Source: Chiloscyllium plagiosum (Eukaryota). From it: a DNA stretch of 51,412 nt. The translations under genes and the position numbers were made by a program. The stretch is taken from NCBI RefSeq assembly GCF_004010195.1, contig NC_057728.1:44254791-44306202 (forward strand), written 5' to 3'. The notes below the pieces were generated by a model that was given only the letters and a program-made list of their open reading frames with translations, was not told the DNA's origin and searched no databases. Of this stretch, positions 35,001-46,900 are shown in pieces (positions within the stretch are counted from its first letter, which is position 1; each line of letters begins with the position of its first letter).

Positions 35001-35639
35001 CCTATGGTCCTATAGGCTGCGTGGATGGCAAAGAAAACCCTGGCAAAAAGGGAAAGTGCTGGATTGTGCTTTAAGCAGTTCCATTGTGCAGCAATCGGGA
35101 GATGTTGGTGTAACAGGAACTATGGGAATAAGAGCCCTCAGCTCCTCAGAATGCAATATTTACATTTTACCAAGCCAAATAAGACACAATAGGGTGCGCA
35201 AGAAGCAAAACAATATGTAGTTAGAGCGATGTAGAAGGACGTGACTCAGACAGTAAGTGGCAAATTTCCTAACCCCACCTCTGTCATTCAATTCAGCAAG
35301 ATATTTTATGTATATGGTAGCCGTTATATGCCATTCATTCATATTTTAAATATGACAGAATACAGGCCAATATCAAATCTTGAAATGGAATAAGACATTT
35401 AGGAGCACAGCATCAGAATTAAATGAACAGAATAAACTCCTCTGTAATGGAACAATCATATTATGTCACTCGAGATTCTGGTTATGCATGCAAGGCGTTT
35501 GAAGAACCATCTTGTTTATGGAAACTCTATAAGTTCAGTCATGCAACTTTTACTAAATTGTTAAATAAACCTGTCTGTGATTAGAAGTGAAACTATTTTG
35601 TCCTCATGCAGGAGTAAATTATTCACAAAAATATAAAAA

Positions 35640-36016
35640 CATAAAAGCATGTTGTATCTGCCTCCAGCACAGCAGAATGTCCCAAGGTGATTCTCAGAAT
35701 GGCTGTAAATAAAAAATTGACACAGAATCACATAAAGAGATATGAGGGCAGCTGGCCAAAAGGATACTCAAAGTATGTTTAAAAAGTACCATAAGAGAGG
35801 AATGCTAAGTAATCAGGCTGAGAGGTTTAGCGATGGGATTCCAGAATGTAGGTTCCAGGATGCAACTGACAGCATGGCCATCAAAGATGAAGAACTCAAA
35901 ATTGTGGATGCTCAAGGGGCCAGAATTCGAAAAGGAAGATATTTCAGGGACTTGTAGACAGAGAGGAGGTTACAAAGATCTGGGAGTGTGAGGCCATGAT
36001 TGTATTTGAAAACAAT
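35640..36016 (-). mobile_element. L2-type LINE 3' remnant
   Basis: The plus strand reads like the complement of an L2 3' end (aatgtcccaaggtg...gaggtttag..gggattccaga...gaggaggttacaaagat..gggag..tgaggccatga..gtatttgaaaacaa). Confidence 0.6.
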
Positions 36017-36567
36017 ATATGAGTAGAACAATGAGATTTTTCTTTCATTCCTGATGGAAGGTAGAAATATGTAAGTTTCCCTGGCTACAGATACTGCCTG
36101 AGATACTGAGTATTTTTGCTATTTTAATTTTTTTCAGATTTCCAGCAATTGTAATATTTCACTTTGTGTTGTTACAGAAAGGAAATAATGGCAAATATAA
36201 TGACATATTTTTATCTGTATGGAATTTAAAGGCAAAAATACTAATATCAGATATCTCAACAAAATGTGCAGTCGGATAAAATTCACTCACATCGCCATTC
36301 ACCTTATTACTTATATTCAGTATCCTCCAAAATAATGGATAGAATCTTTCTAGGCTTTAAAAGATCTGGGCATTGCTGAGTCAGCGGAACATTTGGCAGG
36401 AATGAGATTCTTGACATTGAGACCAATTGGCCAGATGCTTCAACCAGGTTTTTATTGATGAGATGAGAGTTTCACAGTGAGTAGTAAGAGGCTTAGTTGC
36501 AACAGTTTACATACATTAGATTGTCATTATCATCTAATTTTACCACATTGACATATGGGTATACATA

Positions 36568-36887
36568 GGGTGGCACAGTGGCTAACACTGCTGCCTCACA
36601 GCGCCAGGGTCCCAGGCTTGATTTCAGCCTCGGGAGACCGTCTGTGTGGAGTTTGCACATTCTCCCCGTGTCTGTGTGGGTTTCCTTTGCGTGCTCCAGG
36701 TTCTTTCCATAATTCAAAGATGTGCAGGCCAGCTGAATTGACATGGCAAATTGTCCATTAGGTTAGGTGCATCAGTCAGGACTAAATATAGGATAGGGAG
36801 AATGGGTCTTCGTGGGTTACTCTTTGGAGGGTTGGTGTGGACTTGTTGGGCTGAAGGGCCTGTTTCCACACTCTAGGGAATCTAATC
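36568..36887 (+). mobile_element. HE1 SINE
   Basis: gggtggcacagtggct head, V domain and tail gaagggcctgtttccacact..gggaatctaatc. Confidence 0.92.
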
Positions 36888-37770
36888 AGTTTCCCATTGT
36901 ACTATCCAGTGGCTAGAAGCCCTACCGCAACAGTTTTCCACATGAAATTCAGAGCAGATGCTTGGTGACTCCAGTTTACTACTTTTACCTCCAGCCTCCA
37001 TTCTGGTCAGCAGTCACAAACATCTCAGGACATGCCAAGTGTGCAGTTACTACCGCTATCCCCAAACATGGACGTTGACATCAGATACATATCGCCTTCA
37101 CTGCACCCTCCTGGCAATTCTCTGACACACTTACAATATGGTCTGAACTTCAATGCTGCATTTTGAAGTACGTTAGCACCTTTCACTATAATGCTGTTGC
37201 CAGGAAATTTTGAGTGTAGGGACGGGCATCCAACGAATGAATTAAACCAGAGTACACCTCAGGGCTTTTCATGTGTTCTGGTGCTCAGTCACTATCTGCC
37301 TGCTTGGATGATCACAGCATCTCTCCCTTGCCTTTTTGTGCCCTTTTCCCCTCACCCTGAACATAAAGGTGCACAGTACTTCAGTCTTACCTTGCTGTTT
37401 AGTGCAGACACAAAACCAGGCAGCTTCTCATGGTTGTCAGCAGTCATTAATCACAGGGGTGAGCATGTTGCTAAACTGCACTAGGTTACATAAATCTCAC
37501 ATCTGCAATATATGCAAGCAGCATATATGGTAAACATATTGCATGTGTTTCAACCAAATGACCATATCTCAAAATCCAAGATGAATAATCTTCAGTTCGA
37601 TCAAGGAAGACAACTTTTAGTCAGGGAGTTCCAGCACTAGAAGTCAAGGTCAGTGTCAATTATCAGTCCAGGGTTGGACATAATCAATTAGCTGCAAAGA
37701 GCAGTTAGGATTAAGGGGTTCATATCACAACAGTCTCGCAGTAGGTCACAGTCAGATCTATAGGTCCAGT

Positions 37771-38126
37771 GGCGGCATGGTGGTGCTGTGGTTAGCACCG
37801 TTGCCTCACATTGCCACCGATCTGGGTTCAATTCTACCCTTGGGTGACTATGTGTGTGGAGTTTGCACATTCTCATTGTGCCTGCGTGGGTCCCCTCCAG
37901 TTGCTCCAGTTTCCTCCCACAGTCCAAAGACATGTAGGTTAGGTGGATTGGTCATGTTAAATTGCCCATAGTGCTCATGGATGTGCAGGCCAGGTGGGTT
38001 AGTCATGGGGAATGCAGGCTTACAAGAATAGGATGGGGAGTGGGTCTGGGTGGGAAGCTGTTTGGAGTCGGTGTGGACTCAATGGGCTGTATGGCCTGCA
38101 TCCACACTGTGGCGATTCTATGATTC
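37771..38126 (+). mobile_element. HE1-family SINE
   Basis: ggcggcatggtgg head with the B box gggttcaattc, V domain and a gattctatgattc tail. Confidence 0.9.
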
Positions 38127-39069
38127 AATGCATCCAGGCTAGGTATTTGTGGTAAGTCAGCCAGGGAGCTGCACAGAGATCCGCTGGTGGCTGACCATCA
38201 AAGTCAGTCAAGTAGGTGGTCCATGGTGAGCACTGGGAGTCAGTCCACTAAAGTTCCTGGGAGGCTATCAGGAGTCACTGTGAGAGAAACTGGGTTTCAT
38301 TGACAGTCTGTATGACCCTGCTTTGATAGGCGACAGCGCACTACTATGTCTGGCATTACGATGAGATATGCCTGGGATTCAGTGTGAAAACTGGGTTGGG
38401 TGGAAACATGTAGAAGATCAAGGGACTGGTAGGGAGGCAAATCAAGAAAGGAGTATGATGATTTGAAAGGTCATCTCGATTGACAAGCTGTGACCCACTC
38501 CATGAAATGTGACTGCTGTTTCTTTTCATTGTGGTTCAAACAGCAGGTCCGTGATGGAGGTGAAAATGGTTGCCACTACAACTAGAATGAGTGGAGTAAG
38601 TGTCTGATTTTGTGAGGGGGACGGGGTTCCACCTTCATGAGATGTGAGACACTTTAAATTAAATAGTATTAAACCGCAAACCCAACATCTGTTGAAAGCC
38701 ACTTGTGAGACAAATGCTGTTTATGAACCTTAACCTCCTGTCTGAAATACAATTCTGGTGCAAAGCACACTTGACCACATCATGTAGCATTACAAATTAA
38801 TCCTAATAATGATTGTGATGCATAAGCAATATATTGTGGCTTAGAAAGATACATCCTAGTTACCAAGGTAGCAATCACCTTCTAGGATTCTATGGTCTTC
38901 TCATGCTTGCTTCACAGTTTGCACCATAAACATTGCATTGTGCTAAAGCTAGTTAGGCTCTGTACCTTTGTAGTTGCAGCTAAAATGAAATTCACTTACA
39001 AAGCTGATAACGAAAAGTGAAAATATATTTACAAATGTGAGAATGCATTTAAACGGGAGTTTCAAGCAG

Positions 39070-40720
39070 ACTACTTCCTCAGACAGTCTTCATCATCCTT
39101 TACCTCCTGTTACATCATGGTGCAGTTTCAAGCTCTGCAGCTGGGGTAGAGGACTTTCTGCCCTACAGGGTGAAGCCCATTTGCCTTAGAGCTTTGTTCA
39201 GGTCACTCTGGATGCATTTGTCATTAGAGAGCCCAGGCATTTTAAATGTGTCCTGCCCAGAGGCAGGTGCACTCTCCTTGGCTTGAACTCCCACAGGGCT
39301 AAAGGTGGTGGGAAGAATGGAGGTAGAGGTCCTGATCACATCAGAAATGTTCTGAGAAGGGACTCCTGTCGATTCTGTAAGTGGTTCCTCCTCTGGCTAG
39401 GTACCTTCTGGCACTGGTCTGACTCTTCCTCCTGGCGTGAGGCCAACGTCTCCCTGATCCCATGATTTTGGTGGTGGAACAATGAATGCAGGTGTGTACA
39501 TGCACCCAGTGGACACTAAGAGTGCTGGCCCTCACTTTTCAAGCCAGCTGCCATCCTGTTGATGGAGGCCGTCCACAATCACATGTTAGGAGCAACATGG
39601 TGCAAACAGCCTCATTGGAATCTTCCAACCTTTGTGTCAGCTTATCTAGTGGTTCTAACAAACCCATCTGCTGCTCCTGTGTTAGCTTGTACATTTCTAT
39701 TGGGTTGTACATGGCCAACACCAATGTGGTCTTCTCCTGACTGTGGCTGAGCATATGGGTGATCTCCAGCAATTCTGCAAGTGGCAGTGACCTGGGGTGT
39801 TTCTCCCTTGGCCATCTGTGGGGACATAGAGGAGAGGACTGTCCAGCCAGTGCTTTTGACTTGAATCTAAATAAAATAAAGTACCAATATCTGAGCTAGG
39901 TGCAGGAGGCAGCCTTGCCAGTACATCCTCCGAGGGATCTGTGTCGACTTTGTTAGAGGCGGCCTTCTGGATGGCAGAGACTGCAGATTTCAACGGGGCC
40001 TGCAGGAGGCAAAAAGGAGTATGAGTTGTGGAAATATGGTGCAGGTTTGAGCATGTTAAGAGTAATCCACTGTCATGATAATGGAAGAGCCACACAGAAA
40101 TGGATAATGCTTTGATTTGGCTGCTGGCATCTGAAGATTTTGCCATTGCTTCATGATGGTCGTCCCTAGCTAGGGCAAGAATCCTCTCCTCACAGGGTAT
40201 AAGAAGACAAATATCAGGCACCCCACCACCCATCTTGGTTCTTTCTGCCCTATTGAAGGTCATTTCCATCTGAGATATGAAATAGGAAAGGATTGAGTGA
40301 GATAAAGTGGGTGGCACAGCTGTGAGTGCTGCTGCAGTTGGAGGAGGGATGGCGAGGTATCCCGAGTGAGTAGATAGTCGGTGCAGAGGCTGAGTAATTT
40401 GGGGTAGGTTGGAAGGTAAATGTAAGTTAACAAAGATGCTGCATGTAGCAGTAAGAGGGATAGAGCATGAGCATTGATAGGAGCTGGGTGTAGTAGAAGA
40501 GATGGAGTGAGTGAAAGGTAAATAAAAGCACTTCCCTCTTGTGGCATTCATGCAACATTGATTTTCTGGATGTTAGAAACTGTATTCCCCAGAGGCAACC
40601 TTGGAGCAGGCTGGCAGGGTCTGATGGCATGGTCTCATCTGACAGCCCTGAGGGAAAAGGATGGCCCTCCTCGCAAATCAAGGTGCCAATTTGCTTTGGT
40701 TCCCCATCTCCAGGGCAATT
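39070..40720 (-). mobile_element. Decayed PIF/Harbinger ORF2 (Myb/SANT-like, NAIF1/MSANTD type) with introns; the element probably extends to about 41793
   Basis: Exon 1-like: MGNQSKLAP*FARRAILFPQ..RP.HQTLPA.SKVA...ECHKR (about 40530-40716). Exon 2 follows an ...atctcag acceptor and reads FNRAERTKMGGGVPDICLLIPCEERILAL, matching the conserved R..TGGG.P....LT..EE motif. Exon 3 follows ttgcctcctgcag. A TIR-like gtaaaattcag lies at 41780-41790. Confidence 0.7.
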
Positions 40721-40891
40721 CTTCAGATGAAAGAACCATGCAGGGTAGCTCTGGGCTGATGTACTTGACCTGATACATGACTGTGATTACCTATGGTGCT
40801 GATGTCAGGAATCTTGAGAAGCCATGACAATGGTGAATACTTCCACCTCAGACAAGGGGCAAGACACTATGAATGGGACTTCAATCAGGGG

Positions 40892-41319
40892 GAGCCAGAG
40901 CTGAATGTGTGGCGCAATGGTCTGGAGGCAACACAGAGAGCCATGGAAATGGAGAAGGACATGAACCAGAGTCTGCTGGATCTGCACCAACTCTCCTCTG
41001 ACCAAAAAGATCATTGTCTTTGTGACTTCCTGGAGAGGCACTACTTGGATATGCAAACAAAGCTGATCAAGAAGCTGGGAAATCACATTACCAACATGAA
41101 GAGACTGGGAGGCCTGACAATGACATGGGAGAATACCTATTTGACAGACTCACCCTGGGGAAATGTGACTGAACTGACTGCAGGGAGTGAGACTATGATC
41201 TTGAGTGCTTGTTTCGTGCCAGAGAGATGAATAGCTTGTCTTATACAAATGGAGACCTGGATTTATTGTGAAATGAACTAAGTTCAGTGAATAAATGTTC
41301 ACTACCTGTAAAAAAAAAT
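40892..41319 (+). pseudogene. fth1: 5'-truncated processed pseudogene of a ferritin heavy/middle-type subunit
   Basis: Reads EPELNVWRNGLEATQRAMEMEKDMNQSLLDLHQLSSDQKDHCLCDFLERHYLDMQTKLIKKLGNHITNMKRLG, then a 1-nt frameshift at about 41113, then PDNDMGEYLFDRLTLGKCD* (stop 41170-41172). No intron at the conserved DPH|LCDF position. AATAAA at 41290-41295, A9 at 41310-41318, TSD atcagggg at 40884-40891 and 41320-41327. The exact paralog is uncertain. Confidence 0.93.
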
Positions 41320-41330
41320 ATCAGGGGATC

Positions 41331-41656
41331 GTGGCAGCACAGTGGTTAGCACTGCTACCATACAGATCAAGGACCTGGGTTTGATTCCAGCCTCAAGCAA
41401 CTGTCTTTGTGGAGTTTGCACATTCTCCCCGTGTTTGTGTGGGTTTGCTCTGGTTTCACCCCACAGTCCAAAAAATGTTTAGGTTGGGTGAATTGGACGT
41501 GCTAAATTGTACATAGTGTTCAGGGATGTGTAAGCTTAGGTGCCTCAGTCAGGGGAAATGTAGAGTAGAGCGGTAGGGTCTGGGTGGGATACTCTTTAAA
41601 GGATTGGTGTGGACGTGATGGGCCAAATGACCTGTTCCCACACTGTAGGGATTCTA
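41331..41656 (+). mobile_element. HE1 SINE
   Basis: gtggcagcacagtggttagcactgct head, V domain and tail cctgttcccacactgtagggattcta. Confidence 0.92.
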
Positions 41657-44339
41657 AAAAGGTATGGTGCATGGGTAATGAGGGTGCGTTTGGAGCATGG
41701 CATGAGAAATCCCATATGGGCTTACAGAAATAAATCCTTTATAAAACTTGCACGAGTATGGACTCTTAGCCAATATTTAGTAAAATTCAGTACAGTGTGA
41801 CTTTATCAACTGGATCTAAATTGCTTAAATGAAGTGTGACCATTAGGTGCTGCACAAATCTCATGATCTGAAAAAGAGATAGTAGAAGTAGAGAAAGGGC
41901 TAAGAAAATGTCAGCTTCTGAACACATGTGGATGTTGGTCTTAGAGATCTTGTAATAATAAAGGTGACTAATAGAGAATCAAACTGAAATTGTGCAGTGG
42001 AAAGCAAGGCTGGTGGTAGAGACCAAAATTATTTTGTATAGCAATAAACGAGCTTCCTACAATGACTGCAGTGCTTGTCAGCTTTGGGAAACTTTGATTG
42101 TGTCACAGGGAATATTGAGAACTTATTATTGAGGGCCGCCACCCTCATGGTTTTGACTTGAAACAGAATAGAAAGAATCTCAAGAGATCTCTTTGCAGGA
42201 TATATGGAGTAATCTATTTCAGGATTCGTTTTAAGTTTTAAGTTTGTTGTAGATTCATGGCAAATGATATTCACCTCTTATTTTTAGTGGGAAGGTGAGA
42301 CATCTTTCTCAAGGTACTTTCTTCCTCCAAAGCAGCAGAACTAATGAGTTCTCTGTTTACTACTCTCAGATGCTATAGAGATTCTAAGCTCAAAGAAACA
42401 ATCTGTTCCAAGTTCATTGTTTGAGGTAGTAAGAGCCATCTTAGTCCCAAGTGATTCATGATTATGTAAAACAACTTGACTTGAGACCTTAGGTTGATGG
42501 AAATGCTCAGAATGAGGAAAATATAAAAAGTCCCAAAGAAAGTCAGCAGTATGATTCTGAATGACAACTCAGTTAAAATGTTCCAGAATCTTACATGATT
42601 GTTGGATGATTTTTCTGTTGGAAACATGAAGTGATTAAGAATAGAAAAGATGTTTGCAAACCTTTGGGCCCTCATGGGATTCCCACTTTTCATGATAAAT
42701 GGAGTGTTCTAAAGGGTTGGATGTGTAAATTATGTGGAGCTTCCTGGCTAGTGCTGATATTTTGTAGCTACATGATCAGGTGTTACTGAAGATATTTCTG
42801 ATGCTTTTCTCTCATAGCTGTTGTGCGTGAGCCCAACAACCTGTCTCATGTGGCTCAGCTTCTGACTCTGTCTCCTCCTGTCAAATTCCAAACAGTAAGA
42901 ACACAGCAGTCACGTCAAATCATGATGACACATTAGGAGTACATTGGCGAGAGCTGTACACCTATACAGATACCTGCTGTTACTGGTCAGCATGCTAATG
43001 TTCTCTTTACTTTATCATTCTTATGCAAATGTGAACTCTCCTCCTTTTCACTCAAAGTACTTACAATGTTATGAAAAGGCATAAGAGAATAAGATACCCT
43101 TGCCTCCAAAAGCTATCCTCTTGTCCTTGATTCCATAGTTGTGTAGCAATTGGATAGTAAAAATATTCCTTCTGGTTGACAAAATGGTGTGGTTTGAGAA
43201 TATCAACTCACATGGCCACATCAATGCATTTTACACCACCAACACTTGAGCAAATGTAGTATTTCTACAAAAAAAACCCACCTACTCTCTTAATTATCTT
43301 GTTCCTACATCAGAAAACAAATATGCCTGCTCTACCAAATAGGACATTGTTGACATAACTTGGGCAAGAAGGGATAGCTAACTAACTGACTTGACTAAAA
43401 TCAGCTATTTCCCCTTGAAATGTGCCAGTGGCAAGAAACTAAGTGCAGGACTGACTTCACGGAATGAGTTCTTTAAAGTTCTAGGTTGCATTCCCAGTCA
43501 GGACTTGGCCAAGGAAGAGGCATTCATCATGTGGCCTAGGAGGTTTAATATCAACCTATTAATCCTTCCGAAACAGCTGATGGCAGGTGATCAGTGCAGG
43601 AGACGTTTCAAGTCAATCAAGTAATGAAAAGAACGTGGAGCCACCTCTACCATTACTATTCATAGTTACAGACTACAACGTGCATTTAAAAAAAAAACAA
43701 ATGCCACCTCAAACTGCCTCAGTGAATGGTAACAGAACAATACCACCACTGATTTAATGAGGCACATAACCTGTTTTTTTTTTGAAAAATGTTCTGGTCT
43801 CTCTGGCCATCTCAGAAATCTCTTCCAGATTTCCTCAACTATGCCATGATTTCCTAGCTCCAGGAAACTATTAGAATAAACCCATCTGGTTCTAGTGAGT
43901 TTCTGAGCAGAGTTTTACCAAATATCGGCTCAGTGTCAATTTCAGGGAATTTCATTGAGGATTTCACTCTATGAGTTGTGTCATGCAATTATCCACAGCT
44001 CACTTCATTAAGAATACTCCACATCTCAATGCTGCTGCTCTCACGCTGTCTTGCTGTAAGTAATAGGGAAAGTACTCGTTATTGCCAGACCTTCCAGGAT
44101 TTGTGCCACTGGTGCCACTTTTAAAGTGCAGTTTTGCACCAAGTCAAACACTACTAGCCAGAAGTTCCTATTTACACTGTTGCTGCACTATTCTGAAGCA
44201 CATTGCCAATGGGGACCAGAAGGTTCTGGTGAATGAAAAAAGAGGGCTGTCCTCTTCTCTCAGGACCACCAGAGGAGACCAGACCCTGTCAGTTGGACCT
44301 GTAGTGGTCACCCACTTCAATGTGAAGTCAGTGGTCTGG

Positions 44340-44500
44340 ATAAATGCTCAGCATTGTAGACACAGTCTAACCAAACTCCTGCACAATTGAACCAAGACTT
44401 CACTACTCCTGTAACTAAATCCTCATGCAAGCTGGCTAACATTCTATTAACCTTCCCACAGCTTGCTGCACCTGCAGGTTAGCCTTCAGTGATATATCAA
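44340..44500 (-). mobile_element. Small CR1 RT fragment
   Basis: Reverse complement aaggctaacctgcaggtgcagcaagctgtgggaaggttaatagaatgttagcc resembles the CR1 segment at 20280-20335. Confidence 0.55.
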
Positions 44501-44509
44501 AGTTGACTG

Positions 44510-45625
44510 CTTCCGATTACACATTTACTGATTTTTTTTCTATGTCCAGTCCATCTTTCTCAGTGCGTTGGCTTTCCACAAGTTGAACAGTTTGATATAC
44601 ATGCAAAATATATCCTTCAATCTGTGAACTCATGTGGGTATTCACATCCCTTGAAGAACTTTCTCTGTCTGGTGTGCATTATTTAACTGCCATTTCACAG
44701 CATCAACTTTGCTGCCTTAGTTTTGACTTAACTGAGAAGTCAACCCTCTTGGGAGTCAGTATCTTCATCTGCCTACTCATGGCTTCAAGCTCTCTGGCAC
44801 TGTCTACAGCCAGGGATATTGCAAGCCTGTTGTTTCCAATAAATTCTTTTTCTACTTCAGGGTGTACAGAGCCTCGAATGAGCTGATCTAGCAGCCTTTC
44901 ATCTGTGGCCTTGAATTTACATCTTTCGGCCTCATTTTCCAATCTTGACATGAAATTGTCAACGCGTTCCTCTAGTTCCTGTCTCAGGTTTTGAAATTCA
45001 TAATGATAATTTGGCTGGAGAGGTGGGGTGTGCTGATTTTTTTCCAGACATTTGCTTTTTATCCTTATATTCAAAAACTGAACTCTTTCTTCCCTACCCA
45101 TAAGAGGAGCACTGCTGAATTTTTCATCATTGGTGTCTTTTCAAAAATTAATGAAGTCAGTCTGCACTTTTGGTGAAACTTCATAAATACCTCTATGACA
45201 CAATCAGCCTCCCAATTTACCTTGGATTGCAGCTCTGTGTTTATGTGGCAAAAGCTTTGGATGGATTTGGGGAAATTAATTTAGGTTTTTTTTGTTGTCT
45301 TTCTCTCTGGCACTGATCTGAGTTGATTTTTCAATCCTATTCAGTTTATAATTTGTATAAAATGCATGAGTTTTTACTCAAGGACGATGGCTGTCAATGT
45401 GTTAAGTCTGGTTCCCTCAAGTTAAAATCAGTCACACATTAAGTTCAAAATGCTGGACTTCCACCAAATGTATAATTCAGCTTCCATCTTGTTGGTGGAC
45501 TGATGAACTGATGAACTGATAAGCCGTTACTCAGCTCATCAATACAGTGCAGCAGTTAAGTGTGGTTTCCCCAGATATACATTCAGAAAGCAATCAGTTC
45601 TAAGCTGTTTATGAGTAATATAACA
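44510..45625 (-). mobile_element. Gypsy LTR-retrotransposon 5' remnant: LTR, PBS and decayed gag
   Basis: The LTR at 45469-45625 has TG...CA ends and is followed on the minus strand by the PBS-like ttTGGTGGAAG. Gag reads VNWEAD...FMKFHQKC..LLLWVGK and YEFQNLRQ..EERVDNFMSRLENEAERCKF...ERLLDQLI.G, with a zinc-knuckle remnant CSTCGKPTH at about 44565-44595. Confidence 0.8.
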
Positions 45626-45654
45626 ATATTGCAAGGGCCAAGCCAACTTTCTTA

Positions 45655-46172
45655 ATAGAAGCAAAACACAGCAGATAAAAGTGGAAAATGCTGAAAAAAC
45701 TCAGTAGGTCTGTTAGCATCGTTGGAAAGAGGAACAGAGTTAACATTTTGAGGCCAATGGATCTTCATCAGAAAAGAAGGGGACTGGACAATGATGTTTT
45801 TTATGCTGCTGACACAGTAGGAGGAAGAGCAGGTGAAACAGATGGTAAGGGTGTCCAGAGCAAGCAACAAAGTGAGTGCTAATGGTTTTAAAGGAGGAAT
45901 TAAGTTGTAAAGTAGGCATTAATGAAAGGTTTGAGAGCCAATTAGATACACACAAGCCATGGTAGTGGTTGGGGGGGAGGTGATGTTGTGTGGTGTTGTA
46001 AGCAATATGGAAGAAAGTGTTCATGCTCTGAAGTTTCTGAACTCAGTATTCAGTCCCAAAGGCTGCATTGTCTCTTATTGTAGAAAGCAAAGTGCTGCTG
46101 CTTCCCTTTGCATTGAGCTTCTTTGGAAGATTGCAGTAAACTCAGGGTGAAAATGTTAACATGTGGCAAGCA
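45655..46172 (-). mobile_element. Degenerate Penelope-like 3' remnant
   Basis: Antisense terminus (gcagat..tggaaaatgctgaaaaaactcagtaggtc), a decayed hammerhead at about 45738-45773, a purine-rich UTR complement and GIY-YIG-like sequence at 46040-46170. Confidence 0.65.
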
Positions 46173-46679
46173 ATTTGATATTGTTTCAAACATTCAAATG
46201 TCTACCTGTATTTATTGTTATGGTTAAAACTGTGGTACGTTAGAAAACAAACTGAAGATTTTTACTTATAATATGTCAAAGTCTGCTTCATCACTTTCAT
46301 ATTTGAGCATAACATAGAGGCAAATGCCCTGAATTCCAATGTCTTCTACCAGTCTCGAATGATAACTTTGGCAGAGTCCTGTGAACAATACTACTCCCTG
46401 ATGTGAGACCTTCCGAAGCTGCGAGTTCTAGTTGCATACCTTGGATGTGGACTTACTACTTTAATATTGACTAGAATTCTAAGAAAAATGTGTGCTTTAT
46501 TGGTAAGGTCAGAATAAAGAAAATGGCCTGGAGACAAAAAAAACAAATAATCTTTTATAATGCTGTAACTCACCTAATTACTTAGACAGTAAGGGCTGGT
46601 GGAATAATTGCCCCTGGATACCCTGAGACTGAAATATCCCTTGGGCTGGATGATGATATGTATTATTAACATCCATCCT

Positions 46680-46900
46680 GCATTTATCACTTCTCTACCA
46701 CCATAAGCACTCCCTTTGTCTTTTGCTCTGTGGTACCCACACCATCTATTCCAGTTGCTCCTCCTATCACTTTGTCATAATTTTCCAGTCTCCCTCAGTT
46801 GGAAAGAAGAGTCATAGTGGGCTCAAATGTTAACTCATTTCTTTTTCCACAGATGTTACTAGACTTGCTGAATTACTCCAGAATTTATTGCTTTTATTTT
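46680..46900 (+). mobile_element. Degenerate Penelope-like pLTR remnant
   Basis: cagttggaaagaagagtcatagtgggctcaaatgttaactc...ccacagatgttactagacttgctgaattactccag, a decayed version of 8100-8200. Confidence 0.6.

Larger units (their letters stand above)
36338..38758 (+). mobile_element. Possible highly decayed PIF/Harbinger element hosting two HE1 SINEs
   Basis: Termini ggatagaatct... and ...acaattctgg. Degenerate transposase-like peptides PVARSPTA (about 36905) and IHIAFTAPSWQ (about 37085) compare with HARBI1-type PVAxKVTA and THVAIKAP. Confidence 0.35.

Noticed and set aside
2594..41656. tRNA genes
   Set aside because: The A/B-box-like sequences are SINE heads followed by V domains and LINE tails, with no complete cloverleaf.
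41880..42760. Possible decayed L1/Tx1 endonuclease (GNFDCV, DIWSNL)
   Set aside because: The motifs are in different frames and too degenerate to support a call.
42818..42952. Plus-strand exon-like segment, or a short LTR followed by the PBS-like ttggcgag
   Set aside because: The two readings are incompatible, and neither is supported by a partner LTR, a TSD or homology.
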